From an uncultured Peptoniphilaceae bacterium (GTDB taxonomy: Bacteria > Bacillota > Clostridia > Tissierellales > Peptoniphilaceae), in NCBI GenBank assembly GCA_964510345.1, contig CAZEBB010000007.1, forward strand, positions 3,161-67,160: a stretch of 64,000 nt of DNA, in the 5' to 3' direction. Made by a program: the position numbers and the translations under genes. A model generated the notes under the pieces. That model was not told the origin of the DNA, did no database searches, and saw only the letters and a program-made list of their open reading frames with translations. Shown one piece after another: positions 1 through 8,765 of this stretch (positions are counted from its first letter, which is position 1; every line of letters starts with the position of its first letter).

Positions 1-352
1 TCGTCCCAATCCCGCCGTAACCCAGAGGCATCGCGACATTTTCCAGTGTTGTAAAATCCGGAAGCAGATGAAATGCCTGAAAGATATAGCCGACTTCTCG
101 ATTTCTAAAGCGGGCCATTTCCGCAGGTTTTAGCTTCGCCATATCTCTTTTTCCATACAAATAGCGCCCGCTACTCGGTTGATCCATACCACCCAGTATG
201 TTTAACAATGTCGTTTTTCCAGAGCCGGACTTTCCGAACATGCAGACGTATTCTCCGCTTTTAATTTGCAGATCTACATGTTCCAGCGCTTTCGTTTCAA
301 CATTTTTACCTTTGTAGATTTTTGATATCCCTTGCAGTTGTATCATCCTCAT
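1..352 (-). CDS. ABC transporter ATP-binding protein (N-terminal part; the 3' end lies beyond the window start)
   Basis: Minus-strand translation from the ATG at 350-352 gives MRMIQLQGISKIYKGKNVETKALEHVDLQIKSGEYVCMFGKSGSGKTTLLNILGG..., with Walker A GKSGSGKT. The ATG overlaps the TAA stop (352-354) of the upstream permease, which suggests translational coupling. Confidence 0.85.
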   Translation of the reverse strand, partial: MRMIQLQGISKIYKGKNVETKALEHVDLQIKSGEYVCMFGKSGSGKTTLLNILGGMDQPSSGRYLYGKRDMAKLKPAEMARFRNREVGYIFQAFHLLPDFTTLENVAMPLGYGGIGT

Positions 353-1560
353 TACCTTTCTTGTGAAACGATTGTTGCAGGCTCTAATTTGAAAAGAGGA
401 GCGGCTAATACAAGTGCGACAATACTGATTATTGCCAAGCCTCCCAACATACCCAGCAGAACCGTTTGTGGGTGAAACATGGCATCATAGAGGTGGGTAT
501 CCCCCATGTGATTCCCTCGCAAGGCGATAAGAAGCGCCAAACCCACTCCTGTTCCGATCACTATACTTATCTCCAACAAAAGCTCAATCCATTGAGCCGT
601 CTTTGTGGAACCCATCATAAAACTCACAGCGATATCTTTTTTCCTTCGCCGAAGGAATGTGAGCATAATCCCGATGGTGGCAAGCGAAGTGATGACGACA
701 ACCATTCGGGCATGTACTTCATACTGTCTTGTCTGTTGCCGCACGACAGAAATCTCTTCTTGGACAGACCCCATCACACTCATCGGATAAACAGAAGTGC
801 CTTCCGGCAGTCGTCGATTAAACTCCTCGGTAATTTCACGAAGTAACCCGTAGGCATCCGGTGAAGGCAGATCAATCTGTATGGATTCCGACATGAGGAA
901 TCCTTCACCGGTTTTATCGGAAAGGGCTTGCAATAATTCTAATGCTTCCCCGGGTACAACCAGTGTCTCTTTCAATGGATACCGTTCCGGAAAATGCCCT
1001 TCTATTTGTTTGTTCAATCCGAAGTCAATTAACTCGTCGCGGAATGCAACTCGCTCCAGCGGGAAAGAATGGTCGTCAATCCCAAACTCCGTTTCAGAGA
1101 TTTGCAGTCCCGGAATCCGGTTTATTTTTGATCGAATTTCTTTCTCAGAGCTTTCATCTATGTACACACTCGGCGCAACCTCTCCAATCCACTTCTCCAT
1201 TGCTTTATCGGACAGCACCAGAATTTCCAGTGATTGTACGCCATTCTCGTCGAATAATGTGTATGCATACAAGCCCTTATAATACATTGGGATTTCGTCT
1301 TGGTACTTTTCTTCGATCTGTCGAAACCTTTCAAAAGTTTTTTGCGACGAATCTACGATGGCCGATGTCATGCCGATCGATAACAATAGGTATTCATCCT
1401 CGCGAAAACGCTCACTCCATTTCTTACTCTGTTCTCTTCCGGTCAGCTCTGCATTGTGTGAAATCATCATATACGAAAATCCCCAGGCGAGTTGCAGGAT
1501 AATCATCAGGTAGAATAACAAATTGGTTCTAATGTAGCGAAAGACTTTAAAAAGAATCAT
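352..1560 (-). CDS. FtsX/MacB-type ABC transporter permease (402 aa)
   Basis: ORF track. It has an N-terminal TM helix, a large extracytoplasmic domain and a C-terminal 3-TM FtsX-like block (VVVITSLATIGIMLTFLRRRKKDIAVSFMMGSTK...). It is coupled to the ATPase gene. Confidence 0.75.
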   Translation of the reverse strand: MILFKVFRYIRTNLLFYLMIILQLAWGFSYMMISHNAELTGREQSKKWSERFREDEYLLLSIGMTSAIVDSSQKTFERFRQIEEKYQDEIPMYYKGLYAYTLFDENGVQSLEILVLSDKAMEKWIGEVAPSVYIDESSEKEIRSKINRIPGLQISETEFGIDDHSFPLERVAFRDELIDFGLNKQIEGHFPERYPLKETLVVPGEALELLQALSDKTGEGFLMSESIQIDLPSPDAYGLLREITEEFNRRLPEGTSVYPMSVMGSVQEEISVVRQQTRQYEVHARMVVVITSLATIGIMLTFLRRRKKDIAVSFMMGSTKTAQWIELLLEISIVIGTGVGLALLIALRGNHMGDTHLYDAMFHPQTVLLGMLGGLAIISIVALVLAAPLFKLEPATIVSQER

Positions 1561-1564
1561 ATTC

Positions 1565-2659
1565 TCACCGGACGCTTTCTATCACTGGCTTTCGAAACGA
1601 AACCAAGGTTACGATCATCCCATAGAGTATACTGATCCCTGCCTGAACCATTAGGTACAAAAGGAATACACGAAAATCGACCGGCGCCTCCGGCATAAAA
1701 CGGCTCCATTTGAGATAAACGGGAAGCAGAAGACGAAGAATGGGCGCACTGATCAGTCCAAGCAGGAAAAAACCTATCGCATTTTCCAGAAAGATGGAAC
1801 ATGGGGAGGCCCCCAGGCACATGCGGACTCCAATTTTCTTTTTCTCCGCATCAAATCGCGCGAAAGACAGTACGGCAATACTCAAACAGGCTGCCAGCAC
1901 AATCCAAGCGGAAAGCCTCAGCATTGTGAAAGTCCCCCCTCTCATTGAAACTTGATTCATTTGAAAAAGCTCTTCAGACGTTCGGATTTGCAGTTCTCTC
2001 GTATCGACACTCTTTTCAACCAAATCCTCCATCACGTCAGGCAGAAGCTCATCTTTTACAAAAATCAGGACTGTTTTCTGATAACCCGGCGCATACAAGT
2101 CTAAAGAACTCGTATTGTGAACCCATATAGGCATCCAAAAATCGTAGGAAGAAATTCGACCGCGCACGATACAGGAGATTTGTCCCAGCTGAATCTCATC
2201 ACCGACGGAAATTGAGAAAGCCGAATTATTATGGAGAGTGGATACATAGCAAGATTTGTCATCTGGCGAAGCTGAGAGCTCCCCTTCTGTGACGATTACA
2301 TCGTGGGATTCCAAATAAGACGAATCGAAGACCATGACCGGCAACCGAGCATACCGTCCATTTTTGAAAGCATCTACACTTTGAACGGTCGATACAGCTA
2401 TACCTTCACGATTTCTGAAGCCGTTGGCGATCTCAATAACTTCATCCTCTCCAGTCATTCGGATCTCCGAAAAACCGTTTCGAAGCCTTCCGCTTTCTAC
2501 ACTTGTCTGCACTGCAAAAAACTGATTCGCATCGGCGTAGGGAACCATAAACCCGAAGATAAGAATCAGAAGAATTAGGCTGTTGCGTAAGAAATATTTG
2601 CGAAAACTGATGAGGGAGAGAGTGAGTGCATACATTTTTAATACCCGATCGTTACCCAT
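1565..2659 (-). CDS. FtsX/MacB-type ABC transporter permease (364 aa; second, non-identical permease)
   Basis: ORF track. Same topology as the neighbouring permease. FtsX signature KKKIGVRMCLGASPCSIFLENAIGFFLLGLISAP. There is a 4-nt gap to the next permease. Confidence 0.75.
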   Translation of the reverse strand: MGNDRVLKMYALTLSLISFRKYFLRNSLILLILIFGFMVPYADANQFFAVQTSVESGRLRNGFSEIRMTGEDEVIEIANGFRNREGIAVSTVQSVDAFKNGRYARLPVMVFDSSYLESHDVIVTEGELSASPDDKSCYVSTLHNNSAFSISVGDEIQLGQISCIVRGRISSYDFWMPIWVHNTSSLDLYAPGYQKTVLIFVKDELLPDVMEDLVEKSVDTRELQIRTSEELFQMNQVSMRGGTFTMLRLSAWIVLAACLSIAVLSFARFDAEKKKIGVRMCLGASPCSIFLENAIGFFLLGLISAPILRLLLPVYLKWSRFMPEAPVDFRVFLLYLMVQAGISILYGMIVTLVSFRKPVIESVR

Positions 2660-2791
2660 TCATGGAGTGCTAAAGAAATAAGGCGGCGTTAAGTCTAACG
2701 GTTGTACAAAATCCATCACGAGATCAATTTCTTTGTGCACAAAGAGTAAGCACAAAGGTATTGTCTGTATCCATGCTTCCATAGGTTATGA

Positions 2792-2818
2792 AGCACCCCT
2801 AAAATCTCAAGGGGTGCT
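2792..2818 (-). terminator. Stem-loop just downstream of the lipoprotein gene (weak terminator, poor U-tract)
   Basis: agcacccct (2792-2800) pairs with aggggtgct (2810-2818) around a 9-nt loop, about 10 nt after the stop at 2829. Confidence 0.4.
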
Positions 2819-2828
2819 GTCATTCATT

Positions 2829-3818
2829 CTATTGAGCTGTCGTCTTTTCTATCTTAACCATTTGGTTTAAGTGATCAAAAACGATGAAAAAAGTACCTTC
2901 TGTCGTTCGAATCAAATGTCCAAAAAGAGGGCTCAACTTCTCGTACTCACTCCAGTTTCCAAGGGTCTCTACATAATTTCCCACACTGTCAAATCGATCT
3001 AACGTGAAGTTCGCACCTGATGTAACGAAAAATTCACCGTTTGATACCTGGAAGTCACTGGGTGCGTACTTCGGTAGAAATGCGTAAACCTCGTTAAGGA
3101 TTCCATCACGTAATTCATACATTGCGTTGGTTCCTGAGACTCCCGCGATTGTTTGTTCCTTATTCCCTTCTGTCGTTTCGATATCTGTTGGCTCATAAAA
3201 ATTTGTTGCATACAGAGTATCCCCGTCAGAAGAAAGCGCTCCGACCCATGGTGACTGAACGAGGAACACCTCGCCGCTACCTCCCAATTCTACCATTCCC
3301 AGTGCCGATATCGTTGAGCGTATCGAGAGATATACCGTATTTCCTATCCGTTCAATATCCGAACAGATGACCGGAATATCTGTATAATCCTCATTGCGTA
3401 ATTCTAATACCGTCTCTTGAATCAAGGAGCCGGTGTTTGAATATTCGATCAAGGCGCCTCTCTTGTTGTCGAATAAAAGAATTGTCTCATCCACTAGTAT
3501 CGGACCGGGTTCCTGAACAATTGATCCTTCCAGTGTGATTTTGGCTTTATACTCACCATCCGCTCGCAAAACGTATATCGTATTTGCATTCGCTTGGTCC
3601 ATCAGATACATCTCTTCATCGAAAGAGGCAACAAATCCCGGTTTTTCCACAGTTGTGACCGGCATAAAACGAGTCGTCGAATACCCTTCATTCATGATCA
3701 TTTGAAAGTTTTCTATCGTTTGTTCCGTTTCGCTCACATCACTCGTCTGACTGGCTGTACAACCCCCAAGGATAACACCGATAAGGAGTACCGCGAGTAT
3801 CTTACGTACAATCAGCAT
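2829..3818 (-). CDS. Lipoprotein of unknown function (329 aa, beta-rich, possibly propeller-like)
   Basis: ORF track. Signal peptide ends in the lipobox-like ILGGC followed by TASQ. There are 12 nt between the upstream stop and this ATG. I recognise no family. Confidence 0.6.
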   Translation of the reverse strand: MLIVRKILAVLLIGVILGGCTASQTSDVSETEQTIENFQMIMNEGYSTTRFMPVTTVEKPGFVASFDEEMYLMDQANANTIYVLRADGEYKAKITLEGSIVQEPGPILVDETILLFDNKRGALIEYSNTGSLIQETVLELRNEDYTDIPVICSDIERIGNTVYLSIRSTISALGMVELGGSGEVFLVQSPWVGALSSDGDTLYATNFYEPTDIETTEGNKEQTIAGVSGTNAMYELRDGILNEVYAFLPKYAPSDFQVSNGEFFVTSGANFTLDRFDSVGNYVETLGNWSEYEKLSPLFGHLIRTTEGTFFIVFDHLNQMVKIEKTTAQ

Positions 3819-3830
3819 GTTTGGCTCTCA

Positions 3831-4103
3831 TTACAGCCAGCAACATCCAGACATCCAGTTTATCACATTCTTATACTCGTAATAGACTGAACCATCTATT
3901 CTTGTGCATTTTCGAGCATAGTATACACGCTGGGAGTTCTTACCATCTATTGGATTTAGATGACTTCCACATTCATAAGATCTACAAATGGGGGAGTCGG
4001 CAGACAATACGTACCAACTTCCGCAACCCCAGGCAAGTGCAATATTCGGGATGCTGACTAATATAGTCAGTATGATAAGTAGTGAGGAAATTCTCTTTTT
4101 CAT
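3831..4103 (-). CDS. Small secreted six-cysteine protein (90-aa precursor, ~66-aa mature)
   Basis: ORF track. Strong RBS (GAAAGGAGAAAAAC-ATG). Sec-type signal peptide MKKRISSLLIILTILVSIPNIALA, then WGCGSWY...; the mature part has 6 Cys and ends in CCWL. Confidence 0.6.
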   Translation of the reverse strand: MKKRISSLLIILTILVSIPNIALAWGCGSWYVLSADSPICRSYECGSHLNPIDGKNSQRVYYARKCTRIDGSVYYEYKNVINWMSGCCWL

Positions 4104-4417
4104 GTTTTTCTCCTTTCATAGGGTTCTTTTCTGATGTAAACAATTGAACTCATGATCAATTGCCTACTCCCATAATTTGCGTAGTCAAATTATCCATTGG
4201 TGATACACCTCCATGTAATCGACGTTACCTAGTTATAGCCTGATTAGGTTATCGAAATAGATCTTTAAAAATAGAATACAACTAATTCATTTGTGTCCTG
4301 AATTCAATCACTGTTTAGTGTTATGAATCAAGCGCAACCTGTCTCTATTTAGCGTTTTATGTTGGATTCTTACAATCTTTCTATACTATTGAAATATGAC
4401 CCTCTAAGCTCAATATT

Positions 4418-4828
4418 CTAGTAAATTTTGATTGTGGAATACTTTGTAATAGTTTCACCTGAGCAAGAAGCTATTGTCCTTACACGATAGCTTCCTGAAC
4501 TTGACAACGAATATTCTTTATTAATACTGACATATCCATAACCTGATGAAGAGTAAGTTCTTACATTAACCCAATTCCCCGAGCTATACCTTTGCAATGT
4601 TGATGTAATTGTTACATACTTTTTATTGTAACTAGACGCCTCTCCGAGTATCTTTGCAACTGACCCACTTATATACAGATTTGAGTCAATAAAAGAAATG
4701 TTCGCATATGCTGGTGTCACGATATTTACTTCGTTGGTATAACTCGCTTGTGCGGCATGGGTTGGCATCAAAGCAAACACAGTTAAACACAAAACCATCC
4801 ACCTAAGGGCTGTTCTCTTAAATCTCAT
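4418..4828 (-). CDS. Secreted Ser/Tyr-rich protein of unknown function (136 aa)
   Basis: ORF track. RBS GAAGGAG lies 8 nt upstream of the ATG. The signal peptide ends THAAQA. The mature part is beta-strand-like and S/Y/T rich. Confidence 0.6.
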   Translation of the reverse strand: MRFKRTALRWMVLCLTVFALMPTHAAQASYTNEVNIVTPAYANISFIDSNLYISGSVAKILGEASSYNKKYVTITSTLQRYSSGNWVNVRTYSSSGYGYVSINKEYSLSSSGSYRVRTIASCSGETITKYSTIKIY

Positions 4829-4853
4829 ATTCTCTACTCCTTCTCTTTCTACT

Positions 4854-5528
4854 TTACTTGATGATAGTGGTCAGAAAAATTTCTTCTACCACCTTAGGGT
4901 TTTCATTTGACTGGATCAGTATCAAAGTATCTTTCTCTATCCAAACGATTTGAATCATATCCTCCTTTACGTATTCATGCGCGGTCACATCTTGTTTCTC
5001 GATAACCTTAAATTCGGAGTCTTCCGAGTCGATATTGAATGACGTTCCTTCCGCCGGTGTCAATCTGACTCGTATAAAATGTCCTTCTTCATCTTCATAG
5101 ATATATCTGGTAATCAGTTCCTCATTCGTCGAATCGACGAGTTCAAATCCTTTTGGAATTCCATTTACCTCAACTTGGGCGAGCTGTACCATATCTTCAG
5201 TCATCGAATCAGTGTTGGTTTCTGCCTGATATGAGGTATATGAGCTAAATGTTTCTATACGAATTCCAAAGAACTCAAGCGCTTTTGCCCACGTTTCTGT
5301 AGGAATTAATAGCGAGATGACGATAAGCAGCGTCGCTGCGATACCCGCACGGTAAACCGAGAGAATCTTTTTCCTTCTTTTCTTACTCTTTTCAACGGCT
5401 TCTAACCGTTTTTGTAATCTAAAATCATCTTGCGCAGTAAAATCCGGTTCTACATCCGAGAGCTGTTCATATGGGATTCCCTGTGCAAGCAATTGGTCGA
5501 TGTGCTTTTCAATGTCTTTTTCATTCAT
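4854..5528 (-). CDS. Putative anti-sigma factor (single-pass membrane protein with a DUF4367-like extracytoplasmic domain)
   Basis: ORF track. It lies immediately downstream of the ECF sigma gene and has a central TM helix (ILSVYRAGIAATLLIVISLLIP). The C-terminal domain resembles the DUF4367 type common in clostridial anti-sigma factors. There is no zinc-binding HxxxCxxC motif. Confidence 0.55.
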   Translation of the reverse strand: MNEKDIEKHIDQLLAQGIPYEQLSDVEPDFTAQDDFRLQKRLEAVEKSKKRRKKILSVYRAGIAATLLIVISLLIPTETWAKALEFFGIRIETFSSYTSYQAETNTDSMTEDMVQLAQVEVNGIPKGFELVDSTNEELITRYIYEDEEGHFIRVRLTPAEGTSFNIDSEDSEFKVIEKQDVTAHEYVKEDMIQIVWIEKDTLILIQSNENPKVVEEIFLTTIIK

Positions 5529-5545
5529 TTGCCCTCTCCTGCCCT

Positions 5546-5584
5546 CCTATAGATAAATCGATTGGGGATCGCAAAATATGACAT
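5546..5584 (-). promoter_or_regulatory. Promoter-like motif ATGTCA-N17-TCGATTTAT (copy 2, between the sigma and anti-sigma genes)
   Basis: The minus strand reads atgtcatattttgcgatccccaatcgatttatctatagg. Both blocks and the spacing match the copy upstream of the sigma gene. Confidence 0.35.
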
Positions 5585-5588
5585 GTGA

Positions 5589-6101
5589 TTACGATTTTTC
5601 ATCATTTTCTATTTCTTTCAAATAGTATGCTTGAAAGCTCTGCTTTGCGCGCTGCAAAGTCTTAGCGACGGAGCTCTCTCGGATGCCGAATTTCTCTGCT
5701 ATTTCGCGATTCGAATAGCCGATCATATACTTACAGCGCAATAAGTCGGCTTCTCTTTGAGGCATTTCTTCCAGGATGGCATCGACGAGTTCGATTTCTT
5801 TCGGTGGGGTTTCCTCGGCGAGTTGGCCGATTTGTTCGTAGAGTTCCTCTTCTTTTACGCTCCGGCGGATCTTGTCGATGCTTTTGTTTTTTGCGATGCG
5901 ACAGATGAGTGCTAGGGTCTTATACTCGTCGGTGAGGTCCAATGTTTCGAATTTTTCGAGCAACTCAACAAAGACATCCTGTGCGATGTCTTGTGCGAGA
6001 AGTGAGTCCTTCAGCAGCGCGTAGGCCACTTGAAAGGCTCTTTTTCGATACAAGAGATAATACTCGTAGATAATTTCGGACGGTTTCTGTGATCGGCGCA
6101 T
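5589..6101 (-). CDS. RNA polymerase sigma factor, ECF (sigma-70 group 4) family
   Basis: ORF track, 170 aa. Region 2 (DIAQDVFVELLEKF) and region 4 HTH (YSNREIAEKFGIRESSVAKTLQRAKQ) are recognisable. Confidence 0.85.
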   Translation of the reverse strand: MRRSQKPSEIIYEYYLLYRKRAFQVAYALLKDSLLAQDIAQDVFVELLEKFETLDLTDEYKTLALICRIAKNKSIDKIRRSVKEEELYEQIGQLAEETPPKEIELVDAILEEMPQREADLLRCKYMIGYSNREIAEKFGIRESSVAKTLQRAKQSFQAYYLKEIENDEKS

Positions 6102-6126
6102 ACTTCACCCCCTCGAGCGACACACC

Positions 6127-6167
6127 CCTATGTAAATAAATCGAATGGGAAACCCGTTTTGTGACAT
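6127..6167 (-). promoter_or_regulatory. Promoter-like motif ATGTCA-N17-TCGATTTAT (copy 1, upstream of the ECF sigma gene; candidate autoregulated promoter)
   Basis: The minus strand reads atgtcacaaaacgggtttcccattcgatttatttacatagg and ends 25 nt upstream of the sigma ATG. Confidence 0.4.
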
Positions 6168-6244
6168 TATTGAGATAGTATTTATTATATCGTGAATAAC
6201 TACTAGAAATACTTATTCCAAATTCGAGAACGAAACAGCTGTGT

Positions 6245-6273
6245 AAAAGCAAAAACCGGGGTTGCCCCCGGTT
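6245..6273 (-). terminator. Rho-independent terminator of clpC
   Basis: Minus-strand AACCGGGG-GCAA-CCCCGGTT is followed by TTTGCTTTT. Confidence 0.7.
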
Positions 6274-6353
6274 GCGGTGTTGAGTGATTCTGGTATATTT
6301 TCGGCGCGAGATCCTCACGCCTGCTTCGCAGGCTCAGGATGACGGGCCGAGGT

Positions 6354-8765
6354 TTATCTCTTGCTGATGGTGATCTTCTCGTCTTCGTAGTCAATCACGA
6401 TATTATCGTTCTTTTCGATCTCGCCCTTTAGGATCTCTTCGGCCAAGTCGTCTTCGATCAGGCTTTGCAGCGTTCTCTCCAGCGGTCGAGCGCCGTACAC
6501 TTTGTCGAAGCCCTTGGTGCCGATATAATCGGCGGCGCGGTCGGTGATCTCGACGTGGATGTCGAGCCCTTTCAAGCGGCCGACGAGCTCTGCGACCATG
6601 AGGTCGACGATCTCTCGGATATTGTCGGGTTTCAACGCGCTGAAGATGATGATGTCATCCACGCGGTTCAAAAACTCGGGGCGGAAGGTGTGTTTGAGCT
6701 CTTCTTCGATGATCTCTTTCATGCGCTCGTACTCCTGCTTTTCCACCTCGGTCGCCTTGGCGAAGCCGATGGTGTTTTGCTTGTCGAGTCTCGTGGCGCC
6801 GACATTCGACGTCATGATGAGCACGGTGTTCTTGAAGTTGACGGTTTTGCCCTTGCCGTCGGTGAGGCGCCCGTCGTCCAACACTTGTAAGAGCATGTTG
6901 AACACATCCGGGTGCGCTTTTTCGATCTCGTCAAACAGCACGACGGAGTAGGGTTTTCTGCGCACGGCTTCCGTGAGCTGCCCGCCCTCGTCATAGCCGA
7001 CGTATCCAGGCGGCGACCCGACCAGCCTCGACACGGAGTGTTTCTCCATGTACTCGGACATGTCGATCCGCACCATGGCGTCTTCGTCTCCGAAGAGGGA
7101 CTTCGCGAGCGATTTCGCGAGATACGTCTTCCCGACGCCGGTCGGTCCTACGAAAATAAAGCTACCGACGGGTTTCTTAGGGTCTTTCAGCCCGACGCGT
7201 GCGCGTTTGATCGCGTGCGAGATGGAGTCAATCGCGTTGTCTTGCCCCACGACTTGGCGCTTGAGCTCTTCGTCCAAGTGGAGGTATTTCGCGCTCTCTT
7301 CTTCGGTGAGTTTTGTGACCGGCACATGGCTCCAGTCGGCGACGATCTTGGCGATTTCGTCAAACCCGACTTCCATCTTGTTGAGGGTCTTCTTTTGCTC
7401 CCACTCCTGCTCTTTTTCCTTGATCGCGTTTTTCAACACTTTAATCTCGTCGCGAACGGAGGCGGCTTTTTCAAAGTCCTGCACGGCGACAGCTTTGTCT
7501 TTTTGTTCGACGAGCTCTTCCAGCTTATCTTCCAATTCTTTCAGGTTATTGGGCGCGACATAGTTTTTCACGCGCATCATGCTGGCGGCTTCATCGATCA
7601 GATCGATCGCTTTGTCGGGCAGGAAGCGGTCCGTCAGATAGCGTGCCGACAGTTCGACGGCGGCCTCGACGGCTTCGTCGGTGATCTTCACATTGTGATG
7701 CGCTTCGTATTTGTCGCGCACGCCCAAGAGGATCTGCACGGCGTCTTCCACGCTCGGCTCTTCCACCATGATCGGCTGGAGCCTGCGCTCGAGCGCGGCG
7801 TCTTTTTCGATATGCTTGCGGTATTCGTCGATGGTGGTTGCGCCGATGATCTGCAACTCACCTCGTGCGAGGACGGGTTTCAAAATATTGGCGGCATCCA
7901 GCGCGCCTTCGGCTGCGCCGGCCCCCACGATCGTATGGAGTTCGTCGATAAACAGGATGATGTCGGACTCTTTGACCAGCTCATCGATCGCCTGTTTGAC
8001 GCGCTCTTCAAACTCGCCGCGGTATTTGGTACCGGCGAGCATGGACGCGAGGTCTAAGCTGACGACGCGCTTTTCTTTCATGATCTCGGGCACGTCGCTT
8101 TCGACGATCTTTTGCGCGAGCCCTTCGGCGATCGCGGTTTTCCCGACGCCCGGCTCTCCGATGAGCACGGGATTATTTTTCGTTCGACGGGACAAGACCT
8201 GGATGATCCGCTCGATCTCTGTGGATCGGCCGATGACCGGGTCAATCTTCCCGTCTTGCGCCATCTGATTCAGATTGCGGCTGTATTTTTCTAAAACGGA
8301 TTGTTTCTTTTCTCCGGTTTCCGCCACTTCTTCCTGCTCCTTTCCCGCACTCAGCGAACTGTACACGTATTGGACGATGTCATCTTTGTCGACTTGGTTC
8401 GCGCGAAGCATCATGGTCGAAAAGCTGTCTTCTTCTCTGAGAAGCGCCAACAATACGTGTTCTACGCTCATGAAGCGGTGCCCCAACTGACGCGCTTCGT
8501 GCTCGGCTTGCTGCAGCACGCGCTTGGTCCGGGGAGTAAACCCGGTCGGGGGCACCTGTGCTTCGCCCTCGCCGATCATATTGCGCACCGTGTCCAGCAG
8601 CGCATCGTACGATGCACCGGCTTGGACGAGCGCCTGTGTCGCCACCGAATCCTGATTAAACATCGCGAGCAGGATGTGCTCGGTCCCGATGTAGTCGTGT
8701 TTCATTGACCATGCTTCCATGGAGGCGTCGCGCAAGAGCTGGTTGATATCTTTACCGTTTGCCAT
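6354..8765 (-). CDS. clpC: ATP-dependent Clp protease ATP-binding subunit ClpC
   Basis: Clp_N repeats, two AAA+ modules (GEPGVGKT and GPTGVGKT) and a UVR linker. The start was moved to MANGKDIN (ATG 8763-8765), which is preceded by GGAGGA. Confidence 0.95.
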   Translation of the reverse strand: MANGKDINQLLRDASMEAWSMKHDYIGTEHILLAMFNQDSVATQALVQAGASYDALLDTVRNMIGEGEAQVPPTGFTPRTKRVLQQAEHEARQLGHRFMSVEHVLLALLREEDSFSTMMLRANQVDKDDIVQYVYSSLSAGKEQEEVAETGEKKQSVLEKYSRNLNQMAQDGKIDPVIGRSTEIERIIQVLSRRTKNNPVLIGEPGVGKTAIAEGLAQKIVESDVPEIMKEKRVVSLDLASMLAGTKYRGEFEERVKQAIDELVKESDIILFIDELHTIVGAGAAEGALDAANILKPVLARGELQIIGATTIDEYRKHIEKDAALERRLQPIMVEEPSVEDAVQILLGVRDKYEAHHNVKITDEAVEAAVELSARYLTDRFLPDKAIDLIDEAASMMRVKNYVAPNNLKELEDKLEELVEQKDKAVAVQDFEKAASVRDEIKVLKNAIKEKEQEWEQKKTLNKMEVGFDEIAKIVADWSHVPVTKLTEEESAKYLHLDEELKRQVVGQDNAIDSISHAIKRARVGLKDPKKPVGSFIFVGPTGVGKTYLAKSLAKSLFGDEDAMVRIDMSEYMEKHSVSRLVGSPPGYVGYDEGGQLTEAVRRKPYSVVLFDEIEKAHPDVFNMLLQVLDDGRLTDGKGKTVNFKNTVLIMTSNVGATRLDKQNTIGFAKATEVEKQEYERMKEIIEEELKHTFRPEFLNRVDDIIIFSALKPDNIREIVDLMVAELVGRLKGLDIHVEITDRAADYIGTKGFDKVYGARPLERTLQSLIEDDLAEEILKGEIEKNDNIVIDYEDEKITISKR

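Noticed and set aside
4157-4197. A 13-codon mini-ORF (MDNLTTQIMGVGN) with a GGAGG 9 nt upstream, in the AT-rich spacer before the Cys-rich protein gene. It could be a leader peptide.
   Set aside because: It is too short to evaluate, has no recognisable attenuator structure coupled to it, and could arise by chance.
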